NCBI GenBank assembly: GCA_965249725.1
Contig: CBDFMQ010000002.1
Coordinates: 224,001 to 288,000, forward strand
Length of the DNA: 64,000 bases
Direction: 5' to 3'
Source: Longimicrobiales bacterium
GTDB taxonomy: Bacteria > Gemmatimonadota > Gemmatimonadetes > Longimicrobiales > Gaopeijiaceae
The notes under the pieces were generated by a model. It did not search any database. It was not told the DNA's origin and was given only the letters and a program-made list of their open reading frames with translations. Positions 48,536 through 57,896 of this stretch are shown here, in pieces. The translations under genes and the position numbers were made by a program. Each line of letters opens with the position of its first letter. Within the stretch, counting starts at the first letter, position 1.

Positions 48536-49738
48536 ATGACCGTTTCTCGTCGCACCTTCGTAGCCGGAGCAGCCACCGCCGCCCTCGCTCGGCCGCTTTC
48601 GCTTCCTGCCCTGACCAGCCAGGTGCCCGATCCTCGGGAGCGCTTCGACCCGTGGTTGGAGATCGATCCCGCGGCGCTCCGATACAATGTCGGCGTCGTC
48701 TCTCGGCTGTCGGGTGGCCGTCCGATCATGGCTGTCATCAAGAACAACGCCTACGGGTTGGGCCTGTCGACGGTAGCGGCCGTGCTCGAGGATCTACCGG
48801 AGATCATGGGATTCGCAGTCGTGAAGACCGATGCCGCGATCGCGCTCCGCGACGCCGGGATTCGTAAACCGGTACTCCTCATGGGCCTGTTCTCGGAGGC
48901 CGATGGGCCGGAGCTTCTGGCTCGGGACATCGACGTGATCTTGGGGACCGACGATGCGGGTGACAGAGTGGTCGCGGCCGCGCGGCGGGCCGGAAAGCCG
49001 GCTCGCGTCCATGCCTACCTCGACACCGGGATGAGCCGCATGGGGATCCCCTACCATAGGGCCCTGCCGTGGTTCGAGAGGATGGGGTCCCTCGGACTCG
49101 AGATGCAGAGCACGTTCATGGCGTTCGCCGAGGAAGCCGAATTCGATCGTGAACAGCTCCGCCGATTCAACGAGGTGACGGGTGCCGCAAAGGCCGCCGG
49201 GGTCGAGCTGGGCGCGCTACACGCGGCCTCGTCCAACGGGGTTTATCACCTTCCCGACGCCCATCTCGATCTGGTCCGTCCTGGATGCGCCCTCTACGGA
49301 GCGTATCCGAGCGACGCGGAGGCTGAGCACGCCATGGCAGAGTTGCATCCTGCCGTGCGGCTCCGGGCACGGGTCGTGAGGGTCGAGCGGCTCCGGGCCG
49401 GTGACAGTGTGAGCTACGGCCGCGGGTACGTGGCCGAGCGGGCGACGTGGGTCGCCACGCTGCCCGTGGGGCACACCGACGGCTATCCGCGGCAGGCCGT
49501 CGAGGGAGCTCAGGTCCTGATCAACGGCGCTTTGTATCCGGCGATCGGGGCGGTGAGCGCGAGCCACACGATCATCGAGCTCGGAGAAGAGCCTTCCGTG
49601 TCCATCGGCGACGTGGTGACGCTCCTGGGGCCTGACGATCCGGCCATCCGACCCAACGCGTTGGCTGCGGCCACGGGTCGATCCGTCTACGACATCTTGA
49701 TGCATCTGAACCCAGCGCTGCCCAAGGTGATCGTTTAG
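48536..49738 (+). CDS. Tat-exported alanine-racemase-family PLP enzyme (divergent)
   Basis: SRRTFVAG twin-Arg signal; AVIKNNAYGLG (PLP Lys), DTGMSRMG, VRPG..LYG and VSYG (catalytic Tyr). Confidence 0.85.
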   Translation: MTVSRRTFVAGAATAALARPLSLPALTSQVPDPRERFDPWLEIDPAALRYNVGVVSRLSGGRPIMAVIKNNAYGLGLSTVAAVLEDLPEIMGFAVVKTDAAIALRDAGIRKPVLLMGLFSEADGPELLARDIDVILGTDDAGDRVVAAARRAGKPARVHAYLDTGMSRMGIPYHRALPWFERMGSLGLEMQSTFMAFAEEAEFDREQLRRFNEVTGAAKAAGVELGALHAASSNGVYHLPDAHLDLVRPGCALYGAYPSDAEAEHAMAELHPAVRLRARVVRVERLRAGDSVSYGRGYVAERATWVATLPVGHTDGYPRQAVEGAQVLINGALYPAIGAVSASHTIIELGEEPSVSIGDVVTLLGPDDPAIRPNALAAATGRSVYDILMHLNPALPKVIV

Positions 49739-49831
49739 GAGCGGCTACGGCCGCGGCTCCGACCAGGCCCCGCGACCGATGCACGTACGCCATCATCACC
49801 ATGTGACCGACGAGGTCGTACTTCCTTCAGG

Positions 49832-50227
49832 TTAGCGACCGGCGTCCCACGGAACGTCCCGTGCCGGGTCCCTGTGCCACTTCATGTCCCTCTGGTTAGG
49901 GAAGAAGATCGTGCCACCGGCCTCAGGCGTCAGGTAGAAGCGGAACGAGAATATATCGTTCTCGTCGCCCCGGTACTCGATCGAGTAGAGCGGGGGGGCC
50001 TCCTCCCGGTCTATCAGGACTTCCTCGATGGGGTGGACCGCGAACGTGTCGCCACCCTGGTGAAGGTAGAGCAACTCTGAGGTGATCTCGAACGCCCGGT
50101 CAGCGTACGTCTCGGTCTCGGTCGTCCACCGGCCCGTGACGTCGGGGGGCGGCGTCTCGATGGACTCAGGGCCGCACGCGGCAACAGCGGCCACCACGCA
50201 AGCCACCGCAACTATCGCTCGCATCAT
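49832..50227 (-). CDS. Hypothetical lipoprotein
   Basis: Lipobox VAAC and beta-rich body; ATGA overlap with the HD-GYP gene. Confidence 0.65.
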   Translation of the reverse strand: MMRAIVAVACVVAAVAACGPESIETPPPDVTGRWTTETETYADRAFEITSELLYLHQGGDTFAVHPIEEVLIDREEAPPLYSIEYRGDENDIFSFRFYLTPEAGGTIFFPNQRDMKWHRDPARDVPWDAGR

Positions 50228-51951
50228 AGGTCCCCCAATCCGACCAACGTCTTGAATGGCCCCACCACCGGCATGGCGAGTAGGGTGGCGTCGCCCGACT
50301 TCATGACCTCCACGAAGGCCTCGACGGCATGCGGGTCGAACTGCGTCCCGGAGTTCCCGACGATCTCCTTGACGCTGTCATCGATGCTGCCGGCCTCTCG
50401 ATACGGTCGGTCGGAGCGTAGCGCGTCGAAGGTGTCGGCCACGGCCAGGATGCGCGCCAGATATGGAATGTCGGTGCCGCCAAGCGCCTCCGGGTATCCA
50501 AACCCGTCGAAGCGCTCATGGTGATGGAGCACGATCGGGAGCACGTCGGCCAGGGGCTTGAGAGGCTCGAGGATGCGTGCGCCGATCGTTACGTGACTCC
50601 GCATGATCTCCATCTCTTCCGCCGTCAGCGCTCCTTCCTTGTCGAGAACGCTCATCGGGATCCCGATCTTGCCGATGTCGTGGAGTAGGCCGCCCCGGTG
50701 CAGACGCTCCTGCTCCTCCTCGGCCAGGCCCATTGTCTGCGCCATCAGCATGGACATCTGGGACACTCGCTCCGAGTGACCTGCCGTCCAATGCGATTTG
50801 GCGTCGATCGTGCGGGCCAAGGTGGTGATGGTGGACCAGTTGAGGTCATCGAGCTCACTGAAGAGGTCCCCCACCTGCTGCGCCATTTCATTGAAGGAGC
50901 CGGCGAGTTCTTCGAATTCGTCTCCGCTCGACACATGGACCCGAGTATCGAAATCCTTGGAGGCGATCCGGCGTGTGCCCTCTCGCAACTTGGCGAGAGG
51001 CTCCATGTTCTGACGGATGATGCCGGCTGCCAGGAGGAGGACGATGGCCAACGTCACCACCAAGAAGCCGATCAGACGCCGCCGGAAGTCGCCCAAACTG
51101 GCAGCGTTCGCCTCTCCGTCATCACCCACCACAACGGTCCAGACCCCTGAGTTGAAGTCTCTGAGGTAGACTCTCCGGTAGTGACCGGAGTAACTCCTGC
51201 CGTTGTGTATCCAGGACGCGGCCCCATGGACCGAGTCTTCGTGGATCAAGAGGCCCTCCGGAGGACCGGCGGTCGTCCATGACGCGAGACCTCCGGTGCA
51301 GGTGAGGGGCTGCATCCTGGCGTCCAGGACGCAGAAGCCCTTCTCGTCCTGGTCGGCGACCTCGTCGGCGGCGACACCCGTCCCATACACTTGGGCCGTG
51401 GACCAGATGCTGTCAGCGATGACCCTCGCCCACAGGATTCCATCTTCGATAGCGGTCGTGTTCCACGCTCTCGCCATGAGGATCTGGCGTTCACCGACTT
51501 CACCCTCCGGCACCACGGTGAGCACGGTTTCACCCCTGGTCAGACCTAAGTACTCTTCCTCGCTCAGCTCCGGGACTCCAACGAGCGACCCTGCCAAGGG
51601 GATGGGCTCTGCATTGGTCTCCAGGACCAGGCTCACTTCATCCAGCCGGCGCAGATCCCCCCGCAGGACCGGTGAGTTGATGCCAGCTCTGACGGCCGGC
51701 GCAAGCACGAAGGTGGCCGCCGAGAGGAAGCTCATCTCGCTCTCGATGGCCTGTACCCGCTCGTAGACGCCCATCGCGGCGTCCGTCGTGCCCTCGTGGA
51801 GCCGCACGTGTGTCTGGTTCTCGAGTTCCGTCCGGACCCTGGCGTAGGATAGAAGCGCCAATGTGGCCGTGGGGATGACGGCGCTGAGGAAGAAGACGGC
51901 GACGATCTTCTTGCCCAGCTTGGTTCGGAAGTGCTCGAGTTCGAAGCTCAT
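50224..51951 (-). CDS. Membrane sensor HAMP/HD-GYP cyclic-dinucleotide phosphodiesterase
   Basis: 2 TM flanking a periplasmic domain, HAMP (DEFEELAGSFNEM), HDIGK, HHERFDG.GYP and DRPYR. Confidence 0.92.
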   Translation of the reverse strand: MSFELEHFRTKLGKKIVAVFFLSAVIPTATLALLSYARVRTELENQTHVRLHEGTTDAAMGVYERVQAIESEMSFLSAATFVLAPAVRAGINSPVLRGDLRRLDEVSLVLETNAEPIPLAGSLVGVPELSEEEYLGLTRGETVLTVVPEGEVGERQILMARAWNTTAIEDGILWARVIADSIWSTAQVYGTGVAADEVADQDEKGFCVLDARMQPLTCTGGLASWTTAGPPEGLLIHEDSVHGAASWIHNGRSYSGHYRRVYLRDFNSGVWTVVVGDDGEANAASLGDFRRRLIGFLVVTLAIVLLLAAGIIRQNMEPLAKLREGTRRIASKDFDTRVHVSSGDEFEELAGSFNEMAQQVGDLFSELDDLNWSTITTLARTIDAKSHWTAGHSERVSQMSMLMAQTMGLAEEEQERLHRGGLLHDIGKIGIPMSVLDKEGALTAEEMEIMRSHVTIGARILEPLKPLADVLPIVLHHHERFDGFGYPEALGGTDIPYLARILAVADTFDALRSDRPYREAGSIDDSVKEIVGNSGTQFDPHAVEAFVEVMKSGDATLLAMPVVGPFKTLVGLGDL

Positions 51952-51978
51952 GCTGCAGACCGTGGGTCCGTAGTCGGA

Positions 51979-52449
51979 CTAGAAGTCATCGGCGAACCCG
52001 ATGAACGCACCGTCCAATGCGCGAATAACGTCGTCCCTGCTCACCTTCGCCGAGAGGTTGTCCTTGGACGAGCCATCGAGCCCCATGCTGTATAGGTCGT
52101 AGTCCGTGTTGAGCGGCTTCAGGAACTTGTCCTTCCGTGGCTTTCCATGCTCGCCCGTACCGTCGATGATGCGCTGGTACTCGTATGGGTTGCCCCACGG
52201 ATCCACCGCCTCCGCCTGCCCCAGGTCGGCCAGATACTCGGGGAGTTCCTTGTAGGCCCGGTAGTGCATCTCGAGCGCTACTTGTAGGATGCCGATGTCG
52301 GTGATGGCACGCTTGAACCTCCCCTTCTCCCGCACGTCCTGGTACGTGGGTGCAATCAATGTGGCGAGAGTCACGATGATCACGGCGACCATGATCAACT
52401 CGAGCAGGGTGAACCCGGCGTAGGACACTCCCGGCCTGTACCCACGCAT
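51979..52449 (-). CDS. GspG-like pseudopilin (prepilin cleavage/methylation motif)
   Basis: G|FTLLELIMV class III signal, DPWGNPYEY and YDLYSMGLDG. Start could alternatively be 52533. Confidence 0.85.
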   Translation of the reverse strand: MRGYRPGVSYAGFTLLELIMVAVIIVTLATLIAPTYQDVREKGRFKRAITDIGILQVALEMHYRAYKELPEYLADLGQAEAVDPWGNPYEYQRIIDGTGEHGKPRKDKFLKPLNTDYDLYSMGLDGSSKDNLSAKVSRDDVIRALDGAFIGFADDF

Positions 52450-52546
52450 GTGGCTGGGCGATGCCAACTGAGACGCGCTCAGGGTTGAACGACTTTCATC
52501 GGGCTGGGACGAGGCATGCCTTGAATTCACCACCGGGGAAACCGCT

Positions 52547-52562
52547 GTTACAGAAAGTTACA
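52547..52562. promoter_or_regulatory. Direct repeat, candidate winged-helix response regulator site
   Basis: GTTACA-GAAA-GTTACA (10-bp period) upstream of the pseudopilin gene. Confidence 0.35.
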
Positions 52563-52634
52563 CGCCCCTCGGGATCAGATGAAAGGACCTTGGACGGCGG
52601 GACCGCGGCCGTGCGTTCGAAACAACCGGGTCCG

Positions 52635-54071
52635 TCATGAGACCAACAGGACGTAGGCGACGGCTAGAACCAAGTGCAGGAGCGCGAACGGCAGGGCCTT
52701 CTTGACGAAAGCGACGAAGGAGAGAGGCACGTTGTGCTTGTGCATGACAGTGACGGCCACGAGGGTCGAGGCCGACCCAATCGGAGTGATGTTTCCGCCC
52801 AGATTCGAGCCGAAAATGACGGCCCACCACAGGGGGTCGTCGGGGGGCCGTATGCCACCCCCGGCCATCGGGATCCCCTCGATGATCTTCGCCAGCATCG
52901 TGGCCAGCGGGATGTTGTCCGTGACCGAGCTGAATCCGGCAGACGCGAGCAGCACGGCCGACGTCCCCGCCCGCGGGCCCAGGGCGATCAAGCTCTCGAC
53001 GCCGTGTCCGATCAAGGCCAGCACCTGCGCGTGTTCCATGACCGAAATGACCACGAATAGCGCGGCGAAGAAGGCCAACAGGTCCCAGTCGATCGTGCGG
53101 TAGAACTCGTCGACTTCGTGCTTGTATCGGATGAGCATGATCGCGGCGAAGGCGAGTGCGATGTAACCCATCCCGAGGTCGCCCAAGTAGGGTGTGACCG
53201 ATGCCGTGGCGATCGCCACGATGAAGAGCACGAGCATGGCCGCGCCGAACCAGAAGAAACCACGGCTCTCGATCCCGTCCCTCTCATCGAACGAGGCCAC
53301 GAGTTGTGCAGCCTCTTCGATCTCTTCGGGAGTCCCGAGGCCGCGAATCCCGAACAGCCGGGCTCCCAGTAGGAGAGTGGCGACCGTCACGACACCCACG
53401 AAGGGCGCGGCCTTCATGAAGAACGCCATGAAGCTGATGCCGGCCGCCGTCCCCACGATGATGTTGGGTACCGAACTGATGAGCGTGAGCAGCCCTCCGA
53501 TGTTGGTCAGCAGCCCTTCGATCAGCAGGAAGCCCAAGAGTTCGTCCGACCGGCGGAGCTTGGCCAATGACACCGCCGAGAGAGACCCCACGATGATCAT
53601 GGCGGTCACATTGTTGAGAACCGCGGAGAACGCCACGGTCATGAGGCCGTAGTACCACAGGAGCTTGAGGGGGTCGCCCCGAGAGGCCTTCGTGATCTTG
53701 ATGGCGATCCAGGTGAACAGGCCGGAGCGCGACGTCACGTCCACGAACAAGCTGGCCCCCAGAATGATCGTGATGACCCCCCAGTCGATCGCCGGGATGT
53801 AGACCGGCATGTCCACCTCGTGCCCCCCGATCAGGTAAGGCCCGTACGGAAGGGGAAGCAGCATGGCTCCGAGGAGCAGGGTCACGACGGCGAACAAGCC
53901 GACGATCAGCGACTTCTTGGCGTGGAGTTTCTCCTCGAACGCGAGGCTCACGACCATGCCGGTCAGCAGGGTCGCGAAGAGGAGCGTAACCGGGAGGGTC
54001 ACGTCGGGAGCCGGCCCGTGGGCCGCCTCCTGAAGGAGAGGCACCGGCGGTAGCACCGGCGGGAGCGCCAT
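52635..54071 (-). CDS. ArsB/NhaD/SLC13-type ion transporter
   Basis: IDW, SAVLNNVT, TNIGG..T.ISSVPN, DNIP and NLGGNITPIGSAS. ATG 54071 in TGATG overlap. Confidence 0.85.
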   Translation of the reverse strand: MALPPVLPPVPLLQEAAHGPAPDVTLPVTLLFATLLTGMVVSLAFEEKLHAKKSLIVGLFAVVTLLLGAMLLPLPYGPYLIGGHEVDMPVYIPAIDWGVITIILGASLFVDVTSRSGLFTWIAIKITKASRGDPLKLLWYYGLMTVAFSAVLNNVTAMIIVGSLSAVSLAKLRRSDELLGFLLIEGLLTNIGGLLTLISSVPNIIVGTAAGISFMAFFMKAAPFVGVVTVATLLLGARLFGIRGLGTPEEIEEAAQLVASFDERDGIESRGFFWFGAAMLVLFIVAIATASVTPYLGDLGMGYIALAFAAIMLIRYKHEVDEFYRTIDWDLLAFFAALFVVISVMEHAQVLALIGHGVESLIALGPRAGTSAVLLASAGFSSVTDNIPLATMLAKIIEGIPMAGGGIRPPDDPLWWAVIFGSNLGGNITPIGSASTLVAVTVMHKHNVPLSFVAFVKKALPFALLHLVLAVAYVLLVS

Positions 54072-54931
54072 CAGAGCATCAGGAGCGGGATGGTTCTCAG
54101 CTCGATGGCGAGCGGATACGCCAGGCCGTGCATGGCGAGCTGGTCTTCGTCCTTGGTGTTCATCACCAGGAGATCCACCTGATGCTCGTCGATGAGGCGG
54201 CGGTACTCCTGAATGTGACGTCCTGAAGTGACCACCGACTCGACCGTGAGCGAGGGGGCGCTCTTCGACAACCCGCTTCGGCACGATTCGATGTAGTCCG
54301 CGGGGTCCTTGATGAGCCGCTTTTCGATTTCGGTGCGTGCCGCGTCCGTATCTATGGAGGAGATCTTCGAGATGGCCTCCATGTAGCGCTCGAAGACCGC
54401 GTCATCCTCTACGTGGCTGAGGTATAGCGTGCCGCCTTCCTCGGTGTAGCGCGCGGCATGGTTCACGAGCCGATTGTCGCCCGTGAGGTGGTCGGTCATC
54501 GCCATGACCTGATTGGTGCGGCGCGAGGCTACCTCCTGCCACTCGCCACGTTCCGGATGCGGCATGACGACGACAGGCGTCGTGGTGGCCTGTGTCAGGA
54601 CGTCCACGTACTCACCCAGGGTGTAGGGCCAGCGCCAACTCTCGGAGTGGAGGTGGCGGTAGGTGCAGATCAAGCCCGGGTGTTCACCCTCTACGATCTC
54701 CAGGAGATCGGGCACGGTCTCGAACTCGCCGCCGTGGACCGCGCGCCACCGGATGTTCTCCGCCTGGTCCAGGGCGTCGAGGAACGCGCGCGCCTGAGCC
54801 GCAAAGTCGTCGGCCTCGCTCGCGTCGCGATCGGAGACGACCAGGACCGAGCCGATCTCGACCTCTTCTGGCGTGAACACCGTCCGAGCCGCAGCCCGGA
54901 AGACGCTCTCGAACTGGTCGACCTTGGTCAT
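54071..54931 (-). CDS. Tandem universal-stress-protein-like protein
   Basis: Two alpha/beta halves, C-terminal VDLLVM...IPLLML; translationally coupled on both sides. Confidence 0.6.
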   Translation of the reverse strand: MTKVDQFESVFRAAARTVFTPEEVEIGSVLVVSDRDASEADDFAAQARAFLDALDQAENIRWRAVHGGEFETVPDLLEIVEGEHPGLICTYRHLHSESWRWPYTLGEYVDVLTQATTTPVVVMPHPERGEWQEVASRRTNQVMAMTDHLTGDNRLVNHAARYTEEGGTLYLSHVEDDAVFERYMEAISKISSIDTDAARTEIEKRLIKDPADYIESCRSGLSKSAPSLTVESVVTSGRHIQEYRRLIDEHQVDLLVMNTKDEDQLAMHGLAYPLAIELRTIPLLML

Positions 54932-55512
54932 CGCGGAGTCGGCCGGGCAGGTTGTGCCCCCGGGGCCGCGGGCTTATTGGCCTTTGCGATCGAGGCCTGG
55001 AAGATCGTTACGCCCGTCTCGCCGCTCAGGCGGGTCCGACCGCGGAGTTCGGGCAGCGGCAGGACCTGATCGCGTGCGTGCTCCACTCCGAGGATTCGGG
55101 CGAACGGACGCTCCGCCCAGGCGCGCAAGATCCGGTCCGCCTTCTTCGAGCCGTAGGGGGCATCGACGAACGCGATGTCGTACCGACCTTCTTCCAGCGC
55201 CTCGACGAAGGGGATGGCGTCGCGTTTGAAGATCCGGGACCGCTTCGTCTCTTTGAGCGCGGCCACATTGGCCTTGAGGGCATGAAGGGCCTCACCGCCG
55301 TTCTCGACGAAGTCCGCCGACTTCGCACCGCGGGACAGGGCTTCGAGCCCGAGTGCCCCCGAACCGGCGAAGAGGTCGAGCACACGTGCCCCTTTCAACT
55401 CTCCCTCCAGGCGACCGAGCCAACGATCGCGCACGCTCTCCGAAGTGGGTCGCACGCGCTTGCCGGGGGACGTCAGACGGCGGTCGGCATGCCTTCCGGA
55501 CACGATGCGCAT
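54928..55512 (-). CDS. rsmD: RsmD family 16S rRNA m2G966 methyltransferase
   Basis: MRIVSG, RPT, LDLFAGSGALGLEALSRGA and FVDAPY. Confidence 0.85.
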   Translation of the reverse strand: MRIVSGRHADRRLTSPGKRVRPTSESVRDRWLGRLEGELKGARVLDLFAGSGALGLEALSRGAKSADFVENGGEALHALKANVAALKETKRSRIFKRDAIPFVEALEEGRYDIAFVDAPYGSKKADRILRAWAERPFARILGVEHARDQVLPLPELRGRTRLSGETGVTIFQASIAKANKPAAPGAQPARPTPR

Positions 55513-55541
55513 GTCAGTTGTGGTGGCTCACGCACATCGCA

Positions 55542-56870
55542 CTACCCAGCCCGTCCACTCGCGGCGATGCCCGCCTCTTCGTCGACTCCCATCAGGATCA
55601 GTCCTCCGACGATGAAGAAGACCATGGTGACCGCCACCCCTATTCGTTGATTGCCGAAAACGGTTATGGCGAGGCCATACAGGAGCGGACCCATGAAGGC
55701 GATGGCTTTACCGGAGAACGCGAAGAAGCCGTAGAACTCGGTCTCCTTCTCCTGCGGTACGAAGCGCCCGAGTAAGGAGCGGCTGGCTGCCTGGTTGGGG
55801 CCCACGAATACGCCTACCAGCATGCCTGCAAGGAACATGGAGGTCTTGGCCCCGGCCGGCGCCAAGGTGGCCCAGAGCGTCGCGATGAAAAGGCCGACGA
55901 GGGAGACGAGAATGGTCTTACGGCCCCCGATGCGATCATCCAAGAAGCCCATTGCGAACGCACCAAGGCCGGCCGTGACGTTGAGCGCCAACGCCCAGAT
56001 CATGACCTCGGTCAGAGTAAAGCCGAAGACCTCCGAGGCGTATAGCGGGCCCAGCGCGAATATGGTGACTAACCCGTCGTTATAGATCATCCGAGCGACC
56101 AGTAGGCGTACGATTTGGCCGTACCGCCTGACCTCCCGGAAGGTATTGCCCAATTGCTTGACGGTGCCCCGCAAGAGCTCGCCAAGGGGAGGGGAGTCGA
56201 TCGCCTCGGCCTTCGGTACCCAGAGGAACATCGGGACCGCGAAGACTGCGAACCAAGCCGCGACCACCAGGGTGATCGCCCGCTCGTTCTGGAATAGAGC
56301 CTCGGCCCCTGTGCCCAGTCCGAACCATGGCGTCTCAGTCCGGACGAAACCCACCAACGCGATTACCATTGCGATCAGGCCACCGAGATACCCGAGGGCC
56401 CAGCCGTATCCCGAGATCTTCCCGATGTTGTCACTAGTGGTGAGGTCGGGCAGGTAGGCGTTGTAGAACACGCCCGAGAGTTCGAAGGCGACGTTGGCCA
56501 CCACGAACACCGATAGTGCGAACCACACTTGGCCCGGCACCGGGAAGTACAGAAGTGCGCTTCCGGCAATCGCGATGCATGTGGTGATCAGGAGATATCG
56601 GCGACGGTGCCCCCCTCGGTCGGCCATCGCACCGAGGAACGGTGACGTCAGCGCAACGATGACGGCCGTGAGGGCGATTCCATTCGCCCAGATCGCGGTC
56701 CCCGTGTCACCGTCGGGGGCGATTCTCTGGGCGAAGACGACCCCGTAGATGAACGTCACGATGAGCGTGGTAAAGGCCGAATTACCGAAATCGTACAAGG
56801 CCCAACTCCAGATGGCCCTCTTGTCGGTAGAGTGCCGCCCGCTCGCTCCGGCCACTGCGCCTGCTTCCAT
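55542..56870 (-). CDS. MFS transporter (UMF1/Atg22-like)
   Basis: SWALYDFGNSAF, FYNAYLP, GWALGYLGG, YNDG and SRSL. Confidence 0.9.
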   Translation of the reverse strand: MEAGAVAGASGRHSTDKRAIWSWALYDFGNSAFTTLIVTFIYGVVFAQRIAPDGDTGTAIWANGIALTAVIVALTSPFLGAMADRGGHRRRYLLITTCIAIAGSALLYFPVPGQVWFALSVFVVANVAFELSGVFYNAYLPDLTTSDNIGKISGYGWALGYLGGLIAMVIALVGFVRTETPWFGLGTGAEALFQNERAITLVVAAWFAVFAVPMFLWVPKAEAIDSPPLGELLRGTVKQLGNTFREVRRYGQIVRLLVARMIYNDGLVTIFALGPLYASEVFGFTLTEVMIWALALNVTAGLGAFAMGFLDDRIGGRKTILVSLVGLFIATLWATLAPAGAKTSMFLAGMLVGVFVGPNQAASRSLLGRFVPQEKETEFYGFFAFSGKAIAFMGPLLYGLAITVFGNQRIGVAVTMVFFIVGGLILMGVDEEAGIAASGRAG

Positions 56871-56982
56871 GAGGTCTACCGGTCCGCCTTCTGGACGTCT
56901 TGGTCCGCTACGTCCTCTAGGAAATCCATGTGGTCTTCATGTAAGGCGTGTCGGGCTCCTCTGGCAAACGCGCCCTCGGCGA

Positions 56983-57819
56983 CTAGCTCCCCAGAAGCTC
57001 TCGGAAGAAGTCGACCGTCCGGGGCCACGCACCTTCGGAAGCCGTGAGGTTGGCGCCGTCCATCCCGCCCTGTCCCTTCAGAAAGCCGTGACCGGCTCCA
57101 TCATAGATGTTCACGTCGTAGCGCTTGCCCAGGCGCTCCATCTCCGCCTCCGCGTCCGGAATGGTCGCGTTGACACGATCGTCGGCTCCGCCGTAGTGGC
57201 CCAGGACGGGTGCTTGGATTCGTGCCAGCGTCTCGGTATCCGGAGAACTCCCGTAGTAGACGACGGCCGCGTCGAGCCCGGCGAAGTCCACAGCGAAACT
57301 GAACGAGGTGGAGCCGCCCCAGCAGAAGCCCACCGAGCCGACCTTGTCCGTGGCGGCGGGCAGGGACGTCCCGTAGGCAGCGGCCGCCCTCAGGCGCCGG
57401 TTGACCTCGGCCCGGTCCAGATCCCGCATGGTCCGGCCGACCTGTTCCGGATCCAGGGACTCGGTGCCGCCGCCGCCCGGACCCTTCCCGGAGAGCAGAT
57501 CCGGCGTCACGGCGATGAATCCGTCCGCGGCCAGTTGGTCGGCCACGGCCCGAGCCCAGTCGGACATGGCCCGAATGTCGTGGATCACCACAACGACCGG
57601 GGCAGCGTCGTTCCTCTCCGGGTAGGACACCCACGCCTGCACCTCGTCGCCATCGCCGGCGTCGTAGGTCACCCACTCGCCGTGCCGGGGGGACGCAGCA
57701 AGCCGTGCCGTGGCCGTCTCGCCGTCGGGTGGCAGACTCTGGGCCGCGATCGAAACAGGGCTGGCCAAGACCGCCAGAGCCAATCCAGCCAGGAGATGTC
57801 TTGTTGCTGAAGAGATCAT
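56983..57819 (-). CDS. Exported dienelactone hydrolase family protein
   Basis: Signal peptide; GFCWGG, YG..D and AGHGF triad motifs. Confidence 0.9.
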   Translation of the reverse strand: MISSATRHLLAGLALAVLASPVSIAAQSLPPDGETATARLAASPRHGEWVTYDAGDGDEVQAWVSYPERNDAAPVVVVIHDIRAMSDWARAVADQLAADGFIAVTPDLLSGKGPGGGGTESLDPEQVGRTMRDLDRAEVNRRLRAAAAYGTSLPAATDKVGSVGFCWGGSTSFSFAVDFAGLDAAVVYYGSSPDTETLARIQAPVLGHYGGADDRVNATIPDAEAEMERLGKRYDVNIYDGAGHGFLKGQGGMDGANLTASEGAWPRTVDFFRELLGS

Positions 57820-57866
57820 GTCGAGACTCCGAATCGAGAAATGGTGGACTGTGTGATTCCGGACCA

Positions 57867-57896
57867 CGTCACTCCGGGCCGCGTCACTCCGGGCCG
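57867..57896. repeat. 15-bp direct duplication spanning a stop codon
   Basis: CGTCACTCCGGGCCG repeated twice. Confidence 0.75.
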
